36,946 nt of DNA, from the NCBI GenBank assembly GCA_032718475.1, contig JAUCBJ010006835.1:1-36946 (forward strand), written 5' to 3'. Below are positions 22,246 through 33,672 of this stretch, one piece after another. A program made the position numbers and the translations under genes. This DNA comes from Nemertoderma westbladi. Taxonomy: Eukaryota; Animalia; Xenacoelomorpha. The notes below the pieces were generated by a model, which was given only the letters and a program-made list of their open reading frames with translations, had not been told where the DNA came from and made no database searches. The stretch's first letter is position 1; every line of letters begins with the position of its first letter.

Positions 22246-22890
22246 TAGGCCCCTTTATGGAATCCATCCAAAAAGTGCGCCGGATAGCGCGCCGACCAAT
22301 TTTTATGCGCGCCGCGCGCCGATGCCATTTCGAAGAAAAACCCCGCGCCAACTAAATTTTTAAGCACGCCGATCAGCCGATGCAATTTCGAAGAAACCCC
22401 GCACCAACTAAATTTTTAAGCGCGCCACATATTGAAACAATTTTGAAGAGCTCCACGCCAATGCAAATTCAATTTTGAGGGAGTGTAACCAATCTGTCAA
22501 TCTCAGTCAGTACTGCGGTACCAGTCCCTGCTGCCCTATATCTGTATACAACAGTAGCCTAACCACTGAACCATACAACAGAAAAAGAAAGGCGAGCGAA
22601 GCGAGCCGAAATTTTTTAACAGCTAATGCCAGAATGCTATTTTTAAGGCACTTCCATAATTGTTAAACCTGTAAACTAACAAATCGGCGCCGGTTTTTAT
22701 TTTTGGGAGCGCCACGCGCCAAAGCTGAAAGCCGGCGCGCTTTACGATTTTCGAGCGCGCCACGCGCCAAAGTCGGTGCGCTTTACGATTTTCAAGCGCG
22801 CCACGCGCCACATTGGCGCGATTTTATTGCAAAGTGCGCCGGATTAATCCGGCGCAATGTGTATGGATTCCAGTCTGGCGCTAGGCCCTA
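22246..22890. mobile_element. GC-rich MITE with imperfect TIRs and GCGCGCC subrepeats
   Basis: TGGAATCCAT...TGCGCCGGAT on the left is inverted as ATCCGGCGCA...ATGGATTCCA on the right; ends TAGG.../...CCCTA; internal tandem GCGCCACGCGCC blocks. Confidence 0.65.
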
Positions 22891-23003
22891 TAAACCATAT
22901 ATTCAACTTATTCCATTATTTTACAGTGACATGGCAAAGTTTCAGTTCATGAAAAAGTGCAACTTTTAGGTTTTGTGAATTTAGAGTAACACACACTAAC
23001 AGG

Positions 23004-23955
23004 CAGGGTTGGCAACCAATGGTTTTTCTCACCATTGGTTTTTTATGGTTTTTTGGTTTAACCAACTTTTAAAAAAAGGCGAAAAAATTGGTTTTTTATG
23101 GTTTTTCATAAAATTTTACAATTAACGCTATAAATAATATAAAGCAGACTGGTAGTCGCATTTCTTTTTCATTTTACACTGTCAGACTGTTAGAATGAAA
23201 AAATTTCGAACACTTTGAGTTTTGCTCGCGTTTCTTTTTCATTTTGCACTGTTACATGTAGAATGAACAAATTTCGCTCACTTTGAGTTTTGCTCGCGTT
23301 TCTTATTTCATCTGTTCATTTTGCAATGTTAATGAAAAGGTTTTGCTCGCTTCGCTGGCGTATGTTTCTAGTTTACATTGTTAAAATGTTGTGTGCCCTT
23401 TTTTTCGGTGCATGCGCGGTACCGGTATATCAGTATATTGTCCAATACTGCGCGGCTGAAAAATTGTGCGCAGGCGTTGTGCGCGGTTCAGTGGTGGTTT
23501 GCAGCCTGGATGGCGTGCAGTGGAGCAGTGCAGACGTCTGGCAGTCTGGACGTTGGTATGTATTTTTACGTTGTATGTCAGTCAGTCAGTCTCAGTATGT
23601 TGTTAGTATTTTGTCACATGCTGACATGGCTGCATGGGCTGATGGGTTGGATGAGAGTAAGGACCGAACAGCAGAAGAAACGCTTCAAACCAGCATACCG
23701 TACTGAATGTGGCCTTATTCAGTTATTCCAGTATTTTGTTCTATTGGGCAAGCGCAAGGCCCAAGGCAGCAAGGGTTGTACTGTCAGACTGTTGTACGTA
23801 GATCCTACATTTATATGTATTGCTGTATTGGATTTAATTAAACCACAGAAAAACCATAAAAAACCATAAAAAACCGAAAAAAACCATAAAAAACCAAACA
23901 ATAAAACCAAAACCAAAAATTTTTTTTCAAAAAACCATGGTTTTTGCCATCCCTG
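23004..23955. mobile_element. hAT-type MITE
   Basis: TIRs CAGGGTTGGCAA / TTGCCATCCCTG; flanks CTAACAGG and CAACAGG (8-bp TSD with a 1-nt deletion); subterminal GGTTTTT/AAAAACC arrays. Confidence 0.88.
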
Positions 23956-25684
23956 CAACAGGCAACAGGTGCCTTCTGGAACAAGTTAATGCTTGTCCAT
24001 ATTGTAATGATGTTGAATAGTAGCCTATGTTTATTAAATTATAATTAATAAATAATTTAATTTATTCGATTTCGTTAACTTTTAGATGAGTTATTTACCC
24101 TCAAAAAATCATGGCCATACCACATATACAGTTGGGTATTCTCAGCGAGATTTCGCTGCTTTGTGAAACCAAATCTCGCTGCCTATTTCCTCACAATTGC
24201 AGCCAAATCGGGTTGGTTGCCTTTGAGATCTCCGAACATCAAAGGATGCCCGACTTGCTACTTGAGATCTGCTAGACATACCTTCTGGGATATGAGTGAC
24301 ATCTTTCTGAGTCTCAATTGCCTAACTACAAACTTCCCCAAGCCGTAGGTATCACGTACCTAATAGCAACAGACTCAGACTCCCAAATGGCCACTGGGCT
24401 TTAGTCAGATTGATGAATAGGATGGCCGCATCTACCTACAGTAGGTCCAGAGGTCTATACTATACCAGTATAGAGCTGTGATGTAACTCCTACATGTCTT
24501 ACTACCAGCGAGGCTTTGTATTCACTTTCACAGGTTTCGTATATCAGTATAATCCTATTATATCGCTTAACAATCATGCATTAATATGCTAATATGCAGT
24601 ATGCACACTTCAGCACTTACAGTAGAAAATCAGAAATTGAATACATATCTGTATAAGTAAGTGAATAAGCGTGTATGTATAGATGTACTGACTTCAGTTA
24701 GGGAGCACTACCCAGAATGGGGGTGGACGGACACCCTGAAAGGGGGTGGACAACTGTCGTCAACTGAGCAATTTTTGACTTGAATTTGTATGTAAAATTA
24801 CAAAAATCAAGTACGAAAGTTTCGTGTTCGGTACGTTATATTGAAATTTATATCATTAGATAGAGCATATCGAAATACATATTTTGTATGTACAAAAATA
24901 AATTTCTATGTATAGAAAAAGTTTTATTAGCAAATGAAGATGATCCACCCCGTTTCGCAGTGGACAGTCACTTTTTTAACAGCACACAAAAGCCAAGCGG
25001 CACTGCCTTTCAACTAGTCTGGAGAAGTGTGTAGTGGAGATAGAGATGCCTGATAATTGACAGATGCAGTTCTGGCAGAGAGCTCTCTTTATATTTAGGC
25101 TATTGAGGTATTGAGCTGTTTAATGGATTGGTTGTTGGAGACAATTAAATTGAACCAGTACACTGTTGCATTACATTACATAAAATACTGCTGCTACTAC
25201 CAAGACCCACTCTACTACTAATAACACAAAACACCTCACCATGCAGCCATGCCCATGACTAAGAACCAAAGAGACTAAAAGGAGGGACTGCAATTAAAGA
25301 GTTTATTGATTGCTATTAACTGATTAAGTTAAGGAATATTTATGCTACAATTTCCAGGAAATGGAATACGGTATAGCCTACATTATTTATTTTGATAAAT
25401 GATTATATATGCAGATAGGCCTATGTGACATATTGTTACTTAAATTATTTATTTATTTTAATAAAATTGAATGGAAGAATGGGGGGTGGGGGATGATCAA
25501 GGGGAGGGGGGGGGGGGGGGGAGACTCGACGCAATCAAAATTAAATCATCTCCAGGCCAGGGGAAAATCGATGCAAATGACAGCTTATTACGCAATTGCA
25601 CAAATGACGCAATTCCTTGGCGAATTTGAATATTGTCTCCGCGAATTAACAATGTTAATTATTTTGTTCGACATTAAATAATCA

Positions 25685-25867
25685 GGGGGGACAATAAATT
25701 GGGGGACAATTGTACCCCAATTGCCAATGACACTTACCCACAAATGATAAGATATTGTGGGGGGTAATTGCCCAGGGGGCAATTGTCCTCAGGGGGTAAT
25801 GGTCCTCGGGGGCAATTGTCCAGGGGGCAATTGTCCGGGGGGCAATTGTCCTCAGGGCAATTATCCG
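25685..25867. repeat. 15-bp GGGGGCAATTGTCC(N) tandem repeats (source of the spurious GGNCP ORF)
   Basis: About 7 copies at 25759-25867 plus palindromic copies at 25685-25722; a related motif occurs at 10676-10710. Confidence 0.88.
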
Positions 25868-26957
25868 GGTCAGCCTAATCACCCAACTACACCCAACTTT
25901 CACCCAACTACACCCAACTACACCCAACTACACCCAACTACACCCAACTTTCACCCAACTACACCCAACTTTCACCCAACTACCACCCAACTACACCCAA
26001 CTTTCACCAACTACACCCAACTTCAACACAACAGCATCCAACTTACACCAAACTATACTGTATGGCACCTATCTTCCACAAATTACAATATGTACAGTAA
26101 CAAACTCTGAACTTCTTTGAAGAATTGCTGAGATAAGAACTTTTAAAAGTTGCATGTACTCGTGCTGTATTTTGCCATCACTGCCCTGCAATTATGAAAA
26201 TAACTAACTAACATTTTATTTTTATTGCAGGTTGATTCTAGAATAATTGATGAATTTAGCAATAAATATACAAAGGAGAGACACAGAGACTATTGACGAA
26301 CGATCCAGATACCTATAGATGTCTACACATACCACGCATCAAAACTCCAAACTAAGCTACAGTACAAACTAAACTGGCGCTGTGGGATTGCGGTGAAAAT
26401 GAAAACGGTATTGATACACAGGAGGGTCACCGTCACAGCCTTAACGACGAAATCGCATTATTGGAAACTTCTGCTGTGGGAATAGCAATGCAGATAATTC
26501 GTACAAAGTTAATGGACATAAGTTCTATATTATACAGTATGTTTAATGCAATTATAATAATGTAATTATCCTTTATGTATCATAAAATACAAGAAAATAA
26601 ACTGTAACATTATTTTCAGCTTCTTTATCTTAAACGTTATGGCCTTTATACTGTATTAATTAATTTTTAACGAAACAACAGAAATAATTTTAGAACTTTT
26701 TACATTTCTCATTACATTTTACATGTCTCAAGTTTACACTCCATTTGGCTCCCTGATCCAATCTTAATGGTTAGCAAATAAAGTACTTTCTGTATAATAT
26801 AGGCGAATAATAAATTTCTCATGGAACCAAAATAATAAACGAAAGATAAGATCAAATTAATATAAAGGCCACGAAGTTTAGAATAAAACTGTTGAAAATA
26901 AAGACTACTGTATGTTACAATCTTTCTTGTAATATGATACAAAGGATAATTATAATA

Positions 26958-27085
26958 TTTTATTGTTAAATTTCTGAATTACTTAACGCTTGTCCTTGGA
27001 CAAGCCGTAAATATAGTAGATAGATGGATTATTTGCGGCTCGTTCATAGACGAGCGTTAAGTAATCAAGAAATTTAACAATAAAA
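26958..27085. repeat. ~128-bp hairpin (about 55-bp arms), each arm internally palindromic
   Basis: TTTTATTGTTAAATTTC...GCCGTAAATA pairs with TATTTGCGGC...GAAATTTAACAATAAAA. Confidence 0.85.
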
Positions 27086-27419
27086 CAACGTATTATAGTG
27101 TATAATGTACTTTTATCTCACTTCGGTCCCTCGTTTCAATATTTCACTAACTCGAATATGATAATAACTCGAAATAAATTTTCCAGTATTTACTAATTAT
27201 CATAGTGCGTTAAGGCTCGCCTTTACTACGTGGCTCGCATGTTCTCGCTGTTATGCCTCAGAACTAAACATTAGATATATTGTACTGTATGTCCTACTCA
27301 TCTTCACATCCAAAAAGCGACGTAGATTAGGATTTGTATGGTTTTTGACTATTTTATAATTTGCTTTATAATTTTTTATTTTCAAAAATCCTGACCTGCG
27401 AGAAAGTGGTGAAAGGTAA

Positions 27420-27630
27420 GTGTAGTTGGGTGGAAGTGAGACAATGTTGAGTGTACTGTAGTTGGGTGATAGTTGGGTGTAGTTGGGTGGAGAATTGGGT
27501 GTAGTTGGGTGAAAGTTGGGTGTTGTTGGGGGTAGTTGGTTGAAAGTTGGGTGTAGTTGGGTGAGAGTTGGGTGGAAGTGGAGTGTAGTTGGGTGAAAGT
27601 GAGTCAAAGTTGAGTGTAGTTGGTTGGAGA
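27420..27630. repeat. Third, internal array of the (GTAGTTGGGT)n 10-mer
   Basis: Degenerate TAGTTGGGTG repeats in the same orientation as those at 29690-29890. Confidence 0.88.
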
Positions 27631-27921
27631 GTTTGGTGCTCTGTGGGACGAGTCACGCAGTCAGGGCAAGCCTTAGCGCACAATTGCAATTAGTAAAAAT
27701 AGGGCAAAATTTCATCTCCAGTAGGTCGTTCTGTCCGCTTGTCTGTCTGTAACGAAAAATTCATTCGTAAGTAACTTTTGAAGATTTTCGCCAACTGATC
27801 CACATTAAAGCCCGATGAGAAACCCCACTTGGGATCCGACTATGTAGCAACATACCTAAAGTGTGTGACATATTATTCATTCACATGTGAGAATTTAGCT
27901 TGGAAACCTCAATGTTGATCA

Positions 27922-28410
27922 GATAGACTTTGCTGATGACTTAGGAGTACTCTCAGAATCATTAGAGGGAGCCCAACGGCTCCTCAGCTCATTAGAACAT
28001 TCTGCTTCTAGTTTTGGTCTTTTTATTACCTCCAGAAAGACCACAATTTTGACAGTTAACTTTGAAAGTCCTCAGCAAGTCTCTGATCGGATGAGCATAA
28101 TCTCAAAGGATGGTATGCTTGAGCATGTGGACAACTTCTGTTACCTGGGATCATGGATCCGGAAGTCAGATGAGGACCTTCGAATACGTAAGGGAAAGGC
28201 ATGGGCAGCCTTGAATAGGCTTTCCAGGATTTGGAAGTCACCGAGAATTAATCGGAAACTCAAGGTCCGATTATTTAGAGCAGCAGTAGTTCCAGTACTC
28301 CTCTACGGGAGTCCATGCTGGGCTCTAACTGCTGAGGACACCAAATCTCTGGATGGCACATTCACAAGAATGCTACGCCGGGTTCATTGTGTCAAGTACA
28401 ATGCACACAT
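27922..28410 (+). mobile_element. Internal fragment of an RTE-clade LINE RT, flanked by a 27-bp direct repeat
   Basis: Open frame IDFADDLGVLSES...VDNFCYLGSWI...RKLKVRLFRAAVVPVLLYGSPCWAL...HI; TTAG(C/T)TTGGAAACCTCAATGTTGATCA at 27895-27921 and 28410-28436. Confidence 0.93.
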
Positions 28411-28875
28411 TAGTTTGGAAACCTCAATGTTGATCACGTGAGGATTTTCGAATGGGTGGAATGTCTGAAAGATTAAATACACTTCTCCCATTTCGTTGTT
28501 TGTAATAAAATAAGCTGAATATTGTCATATCCTACTGTACATATACTGTACAGTATGTACTAGAGACCACAAGCCGCGTCTATATGATTACGTTGATCAA
28601 CGTCTGCAATTCTCTACCCTAGTGTGATGAATTATTATTTCTACTACTGTAAGATCTGTAATGTATAACGATCTTATCGATTCTCATACTGTAGAGATCT
28701 TGTCCATTCTGGCATCGCCTGTATGTGAAGATCATAATAAGTTCCTTGCAGAAATTCCCTTGACCTGTACAGATCTTACCAGATCCCCTTTTAGTTTATC
28801 AAAAATGTAAAATGTTCTAAAATTATTGCTGTTGTTTCGTTAAAAATTAATTAATATAAAGGCCATAAAGTTCGT

Positions 28876-29072
28876 CCATGTGAATAATACCAGGATTTCA
28901 CTTTTCGGTCGACATTTTATTGGAATTTTATGTATGAAGATTTTTTATTTTTTTTAATTTATCTTTTTGATACGTTTCGTTTTGATACGGCTAAATTTCG
29001 TTTATTGTTTTGGTTAGATTCAGCCCTTTTGTAACCTGTGATTTTAATGAAAACCTGGGATTCTTCACATGG
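28876..29072. mobile_element. Small MITE inserted in the right foldback arm
   Basis: CCATGTGAATAATACCAGGATTTCA / TGAAAACCTGGGATTCTTCACATGG inverted pair; this segment is absent from the left arm. Confidence 0.7.
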
Positions 29073-30132
29073 GGGCAACTGCAAAGTTAAATATATAACG
29101 GCAGAAAGTGTTTACATGGGCCCAAGATTAAAATAAAGCTGCTGAAAATAATGTTACAGTTCTTTTTCTTGTATTCTATGATACATAAAGGATAATTACA
29201 TTATTATAATTGCATTAAACATACTGTATAATATAGAACTTATGTCCATTAACTTTGTACGAATTATCTGCATTGCTATTCCCATAACAGAAGTTTCCAA
29301 TGCGATTTCGTCGTTAAGGCTGTGACGGTGACCCTCCTGTGTATCAATACCGTTTTCATTTTCACCACAATCCCACAGCGCCAGTTTAGTTTTATACTGT
29401 AGCTTGGATCGTTCGTCAATAGTCTCTGCGTCTCTCCTTTGTTTATTTATTGCTAAATTCATTAATTATTCTAGAACCAACCTGCAATAAATATAAAACG
29501 TTAGTTTGTTATTTTCATAATTGCTCAGCAGTGGGGGCAACATACAGTACATGAAACATTTAAAAGCTCATATCTCAGCAATTCCTCGAAGAGTTGGTTA
29601 CTGTACATATTGTAATTTGTGGAAGTTTGGTGCCATACAGTAGGTATAGTTTTGTGTAAGTTGGATGCAGAGTGGAAGTGGAAGTGCAGTGGAAGTTGGG
29701 TGTAGTGGGGTGGAACTGTGTGGGTGTAGTTGGCTGAAAGTTGGGTGTAGTTGGGTGAAAGTTGGGTGTAGTTGGGTGTAGTTGGGTGAAAGTTGGGTGT
29801 AGTTGGGTGTAGTTGGGTGTAGTTGGGTGTAGTTGGGTGAAAGTTGGGTGTAGTTGGGTGTAGTTGGGTGAAAGTTGGGTGTAGTTGGGTGTTTAGGCTG
29901 ACCGTCCCAACGATGAGATTCTAATTTTCAAATTAATTTATAGGCCTACAGAATTTTATGACGGTTCTAATGGCATAATTTTTAGAATGCCAATGTTAAA
30001 ATTTCACTGTCGGTTTTCAAATGAAATTTAGCATTGTTTTCTATGGAGAAATTTCACTCTGAGAGCATTTTCCGCGGACACATTCTGGCTGTAAATTGGA
30101 CAAATTGTCACCAGTGCTCCTGACTGTAGTAC

Positions 30133-30189
30133 TACTAGGATCGGCATGCTGCATTGCAGCTGCATTTTTAAGAATGCTGTGCCGGCTTG
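30133..30189 (-). mobile_element. Extreme 3' stub of the same RTE family
   Basis: 30134-30189 is the exact reverse complement of 7098-7153; flanked by ACTGTAGTAC at 30123-30132 and 30190-30199. Confidence 0.88.
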
Positions 30190-30513
30190 ACTGTAGTACA
30201 GTAATAGTAGTAGCAGCAGTAGTACAACTGTAGTACCGTATCGGCCTCGGCCAGCCGCTGAGCCAAGTAACTGACTGCTGGACTGACTGAGTAACGGTGA
30301 CACAAACACAGTCATGACAGCTGACTGGCTGACACTCCTAACAGCACACCGGTCTGCCGGTAGTGCTGTAGTGGCAGAGTGGTGAGTGGTATGTACCTAT
30401 ACTGGCAGGTATACCATATACGACAGTCAGACAGTACGAGTCAGCCTGTCAGCCAATCCACACAGTCAAATCACCATTATTACAGTATTAGCATTAGGCC
30501 TATATTTCAGGTA

Positions 30514-30730
30514 CCGTAATTCAGGGTAACTTGATACAGTTTTTGCCTTTAACATTTAACTGTGAATATCTTCTGATAAAAAGATAATTTTATAGTCGGG
30601 ATGAGTACTACACCTGTACACCACTAGACTAAAGTACTATTTCAGCTGCTTAGTCTAGTGGTGTTTTTTTCCTAAAAACCAGCTGTATCAACTATCAAGT
30701 CACCCCACATAACGGGGTGACTTGATACAC
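30514..30730. mobile_element. pogo/Tc1-like MITE end with internal perfect hairpins
   Basis: TA|CCGTAATTCAGGGTAACTTGATA is inverted at TATCAAGTCACCCCACATAACGG; 15-bp stem at 30618-30664 and 14-bp stem at 30693-30727. Confidence 0.65.
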
Positions 30731-30901
30731 AAGCAAATTTTCCGCAATAATACCACTCTATGAATAAGTTTGGATCATGTTGTAGGCTGTAGACTTGATA
30801 CATCTTGGAAATTTAAAAAAAAGATCGAAGTCCCCACCTAACGGGGATATAAAATTATGGCTAAAATTAAAAATAACTTAATTTTTTATGGCAAAATATT
30901 T

Positions 30902-31256
30902 AATATTTAACAAGTTAAATTGCACTTTAAAAACGAAAAAGACCTTCATTGTATAGTGACATCCTGACACCAGTAGCCTAAATAAGACAAAACATTTTAG
31001 AAAAAACTGCAAACTAAATCAATGAATTTAAGCACAAATTTTGCAAATTTAAGGTTTAAGTAAAGATAAAATATTTTAGAAAATTTAACATATAACAATA
31101 TTTAACAAGTTAAATTGAAGTTTAAAAACGAAAAAGACTTTCATTGCATTGTGTTGTGACATCCTGACACCAGTAAATAAGACAAAACATTTTAGAAAAA
31201 ACTGCAAACTAAATCAATGATTTTAACCACAAATTTTGCAAAATCAACGTTTAAGT
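30902..31256. repeat. Direct duplication of ~160 bp (period ~195)
   Basis: AATATTTAACAAGTTAAATTG...GTTTAAGT at 30902-31061 and 31097-31256. Confidence 0.9.
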
Positions 31257-31729
31257 CCCAGGTATCATAACATTTTCGCCTACAATATACCGTAGGGTGA
31301 CAGACCGAACGTATTCAGGATCGAATGTAACATAGTTTTTCTACTACTTTTCAGCTACTTCAAGTTATATAGAAACTGATGTTATTAATTCCATATATTC
31401 AGATATTGTCTACATATTATTCCATATATTATAAGTCGCTATTATAATTCAACCTGATATTATAATTCAATCTGATATTAATTCATACACTACTGTTTAT
31501 CTATTCCCCTTTTCAATTTTGGTTAGTCGCGTTCGACTCAGTAGATAGAGTTATTTTATTTAGAATCCGACATATCCCATGATCAGTTTGAGCCCAAAAT
31601 GGAGAGCGCACAATGATTATAGTTCTAATTTTAGGTTAATTTGAGTAACAGCTGTCCAGCGTCATGGACGGAACGTCATGGGTGAAAACCAAAGAATATT
31701 CAACACCCACCCCAAAAAAGCCTTAGTCG

Positions 31730-31977
31730 GCTGTCCGTCATCGTCGTTAGAAATTTTTAAAATCTATTAAGTCGGTAAATCTTTGATGAAATGGAACCAA
31801 ACTTGGTACACATTTAGTTTTTAAAAAGTTTAGATATTCTACACACAGACACACTCATAGATCTATAATTAATCTGTCGACCGCTAGGGGACGAATATGA
31901 CTATGTCCACAAATTGTACCTAGTTACTCGAAGGCTTATCTGGACTAACGTACTGCGCGAAGTCCACACGAACGTGT
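31730..31977 (+). mobile_element. Helentron/DINE-1-like non-autonomous element
   Basis: 5' GTCCGTCATCGTCG microsatellite, core shared with 19968-20212, and the 3' stem-loop motif. Confidence 0.7.
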
Positions 31978-33109
31978 AGGCCTACTGTATTTATTACAGT
32001 TTGGGTAAACGCTAAAAATTACGCTACTGCCTGTTTTATGGGCTGCCACCAACCCCAGGCGCCATCATTGCCAAATTCCCAAGTTTTTTGTAAACATTAA
32101 CTAGGATACTTGTATATATACTGTGGGCCTATTATCTTGTTCTGTCTCGTAAATTCTCATGCAGTCATGTACTGCACCTGCAGACCTGTAAATATGATTA
32201 CAACTGTGATTCTCGTTTCTAGTAGCAAAATCATAATTAAATAAATCACAACTGTGTTGAATCGTTATTTTTAATTTGGATTTCTTCTTCACTCTCACCC
32301 TCTCATTCCTCTTGATTATATTTTTTTGACACATTTTCGCCAAACTCTCTCTCTCTCTCTCTCTGATATGATAATATATATCTGACAGTGTCTGTAGTCC
32401 TCCGTGTATGTACCGTGCGTAAAGGCTTCCATGGGGGTCTATAAATGGAGATAGTTTTCAATGGAGTTGTTCAATGATTGATTATTAAATAGAAGATGAT
32501 TATTTGTATATTAGGCCCTAACGTGGTGATTTGTGGCCTTTTACCCTGTATCAATAATCTTACCTTACTCTTGGGGTAAAGTAAAATTATTACCAATCTT
32601 TTTACTCCACTTCCACTATTGTTCAACAATTTAGCTTAATCCAAAATTATTTCCAAAAAGTATAGGCTATGTACAGTATCAGCAAACTGTCGCGAATCAT
32701 TGCCATGAAGTCGTTTTCATAAAAAAAAAGTAATCGTATTTTCCTCTTAAAACGGCGCAAGGGTACAACAATAAGCTCGACAAATGTAGTAATACAGTAA
32801 TACAATACTGTACAGCAAATACAGTAATAAAACGAGTTTATAGAATGAAAAAACGTCACTTTAGGCCTACGATGTCCGAATTATATGCGTTCCAGTCGCG
32901 ACAAGACGTACGCAGTAGATCTGTAGGTTAAACTAACCGAGTAACCTGTCTCGAAAAATGCGAGATTTGTGTTTGGATTTATATCAGTATTTAAAACTAT
33001 CACCTAGGCGCGCTTTTCTCAACCAAAACAATGAATGATAGGCTTTGCAATAACGATATCATCGTTACTGAGTGAAAAAGGCAGAGGCGGATTTTTTAAC
33101 TAAAGCAAT

Positions 33110-33346
33110 TCGAATCGGCCTGCTGCTGCTCCATTGCAGCTGCATATTGAGATGCTATGATGGCTTAACAAAAATAACTTTTCCCCCACCAGCCAATCCA
33201 CAATTGTCATGGTCCAATGCAGCGTGCATTAATAATGGTATATCTGGTATGCGGGCTAATCGACAAAGTTTGCGCAGCCACAACTCCCTATCCACCATGA
33301 CTTTCGCGAGATCATCCGCATCTTCAAGGTCAGTGTTCTTCTAAGG
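33110..33346 (-). mobile_element. Diverged 3' fragment of the RTE family
   Basis: Minus strand reads NTDLEDADDLAKVMVDRELW (cf. DTGLEDADDLANVMGDKELW at ~7020-7080), followed by the ATGCAGCTGCAATG 3' UTR motif. Confidence 0.8.
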
Positions 33347-33672
33347 CCAACTACAACAAGTATACAATTTTTTTTTATTCAAATACTAACAAATTCTAAA
33401 ACATTCTACGTACGAAACACAGTAAGAAGTTGGTGTAATATTAAAGAATATTAAATATAAATATACTGTATTTTCAAGAAAATATTTCGCACAATTGAAA
33501 TAGACATAGAGCACTTTTTCCGTAGTATAAAGAATAAAACTAAATAAAAGTATATAAGTATAAAATTGAAGTACTGTAGATGTTGGTCATTCGTCATTTG
33601 TACTTACTAGCATACCCAAGGCCTAATACACTGATAAGTAGGCCTTGAGCATACCGTAGTGTAACTCCTGTG

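Larger units (their letters stand above)
25868..29903. mobile_element. Foldback-like structure with ~840-bp inverted arms (25868-26707; 28803-29903) tipped by CACCCAACTA 10-mer arrays
   Basis: Ends GGTCAGCCTA... / ...TAGGCTGACC; the arms align in inverted orientation with indels; no clear TSD. Confidence 0.85.

Noticed and set aside
23290-23958. 138-163 aa ORFs
   Set aside because: They lie inside a hAT-type MITE, have non-ATG starts or repeat-derived text, and show no transposase motifs.
24190-24330. Minus-strand VRRSQRQPTRF resembling an LTR-retrotransposon integrase C-terminus
   Set aside because: A single short motif with no LTR, PPT or integrase core nearby.
25757-26110. GGNCP/HPTTPN repetitive protein, and the similar ORFs at 27251-27689
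   Set aside because: These are translations of 15-bp and 10-bp DNA repeats belonging to transposon ends.
27808-27842. Hammerhead-ribozyme-like motif (CCGATGAG-stem-CGACT) suggesting a Penelope relic
   Set aside because: Both core boxes deviate from CTGATGA and GAAA, and closing stems could not be identified.
29690-29890. True telomere or interstitial telomeric repeat
   Set aside because: The 10-bp unit is not TTAGGG/TTAGG and is confined to the repeat element.
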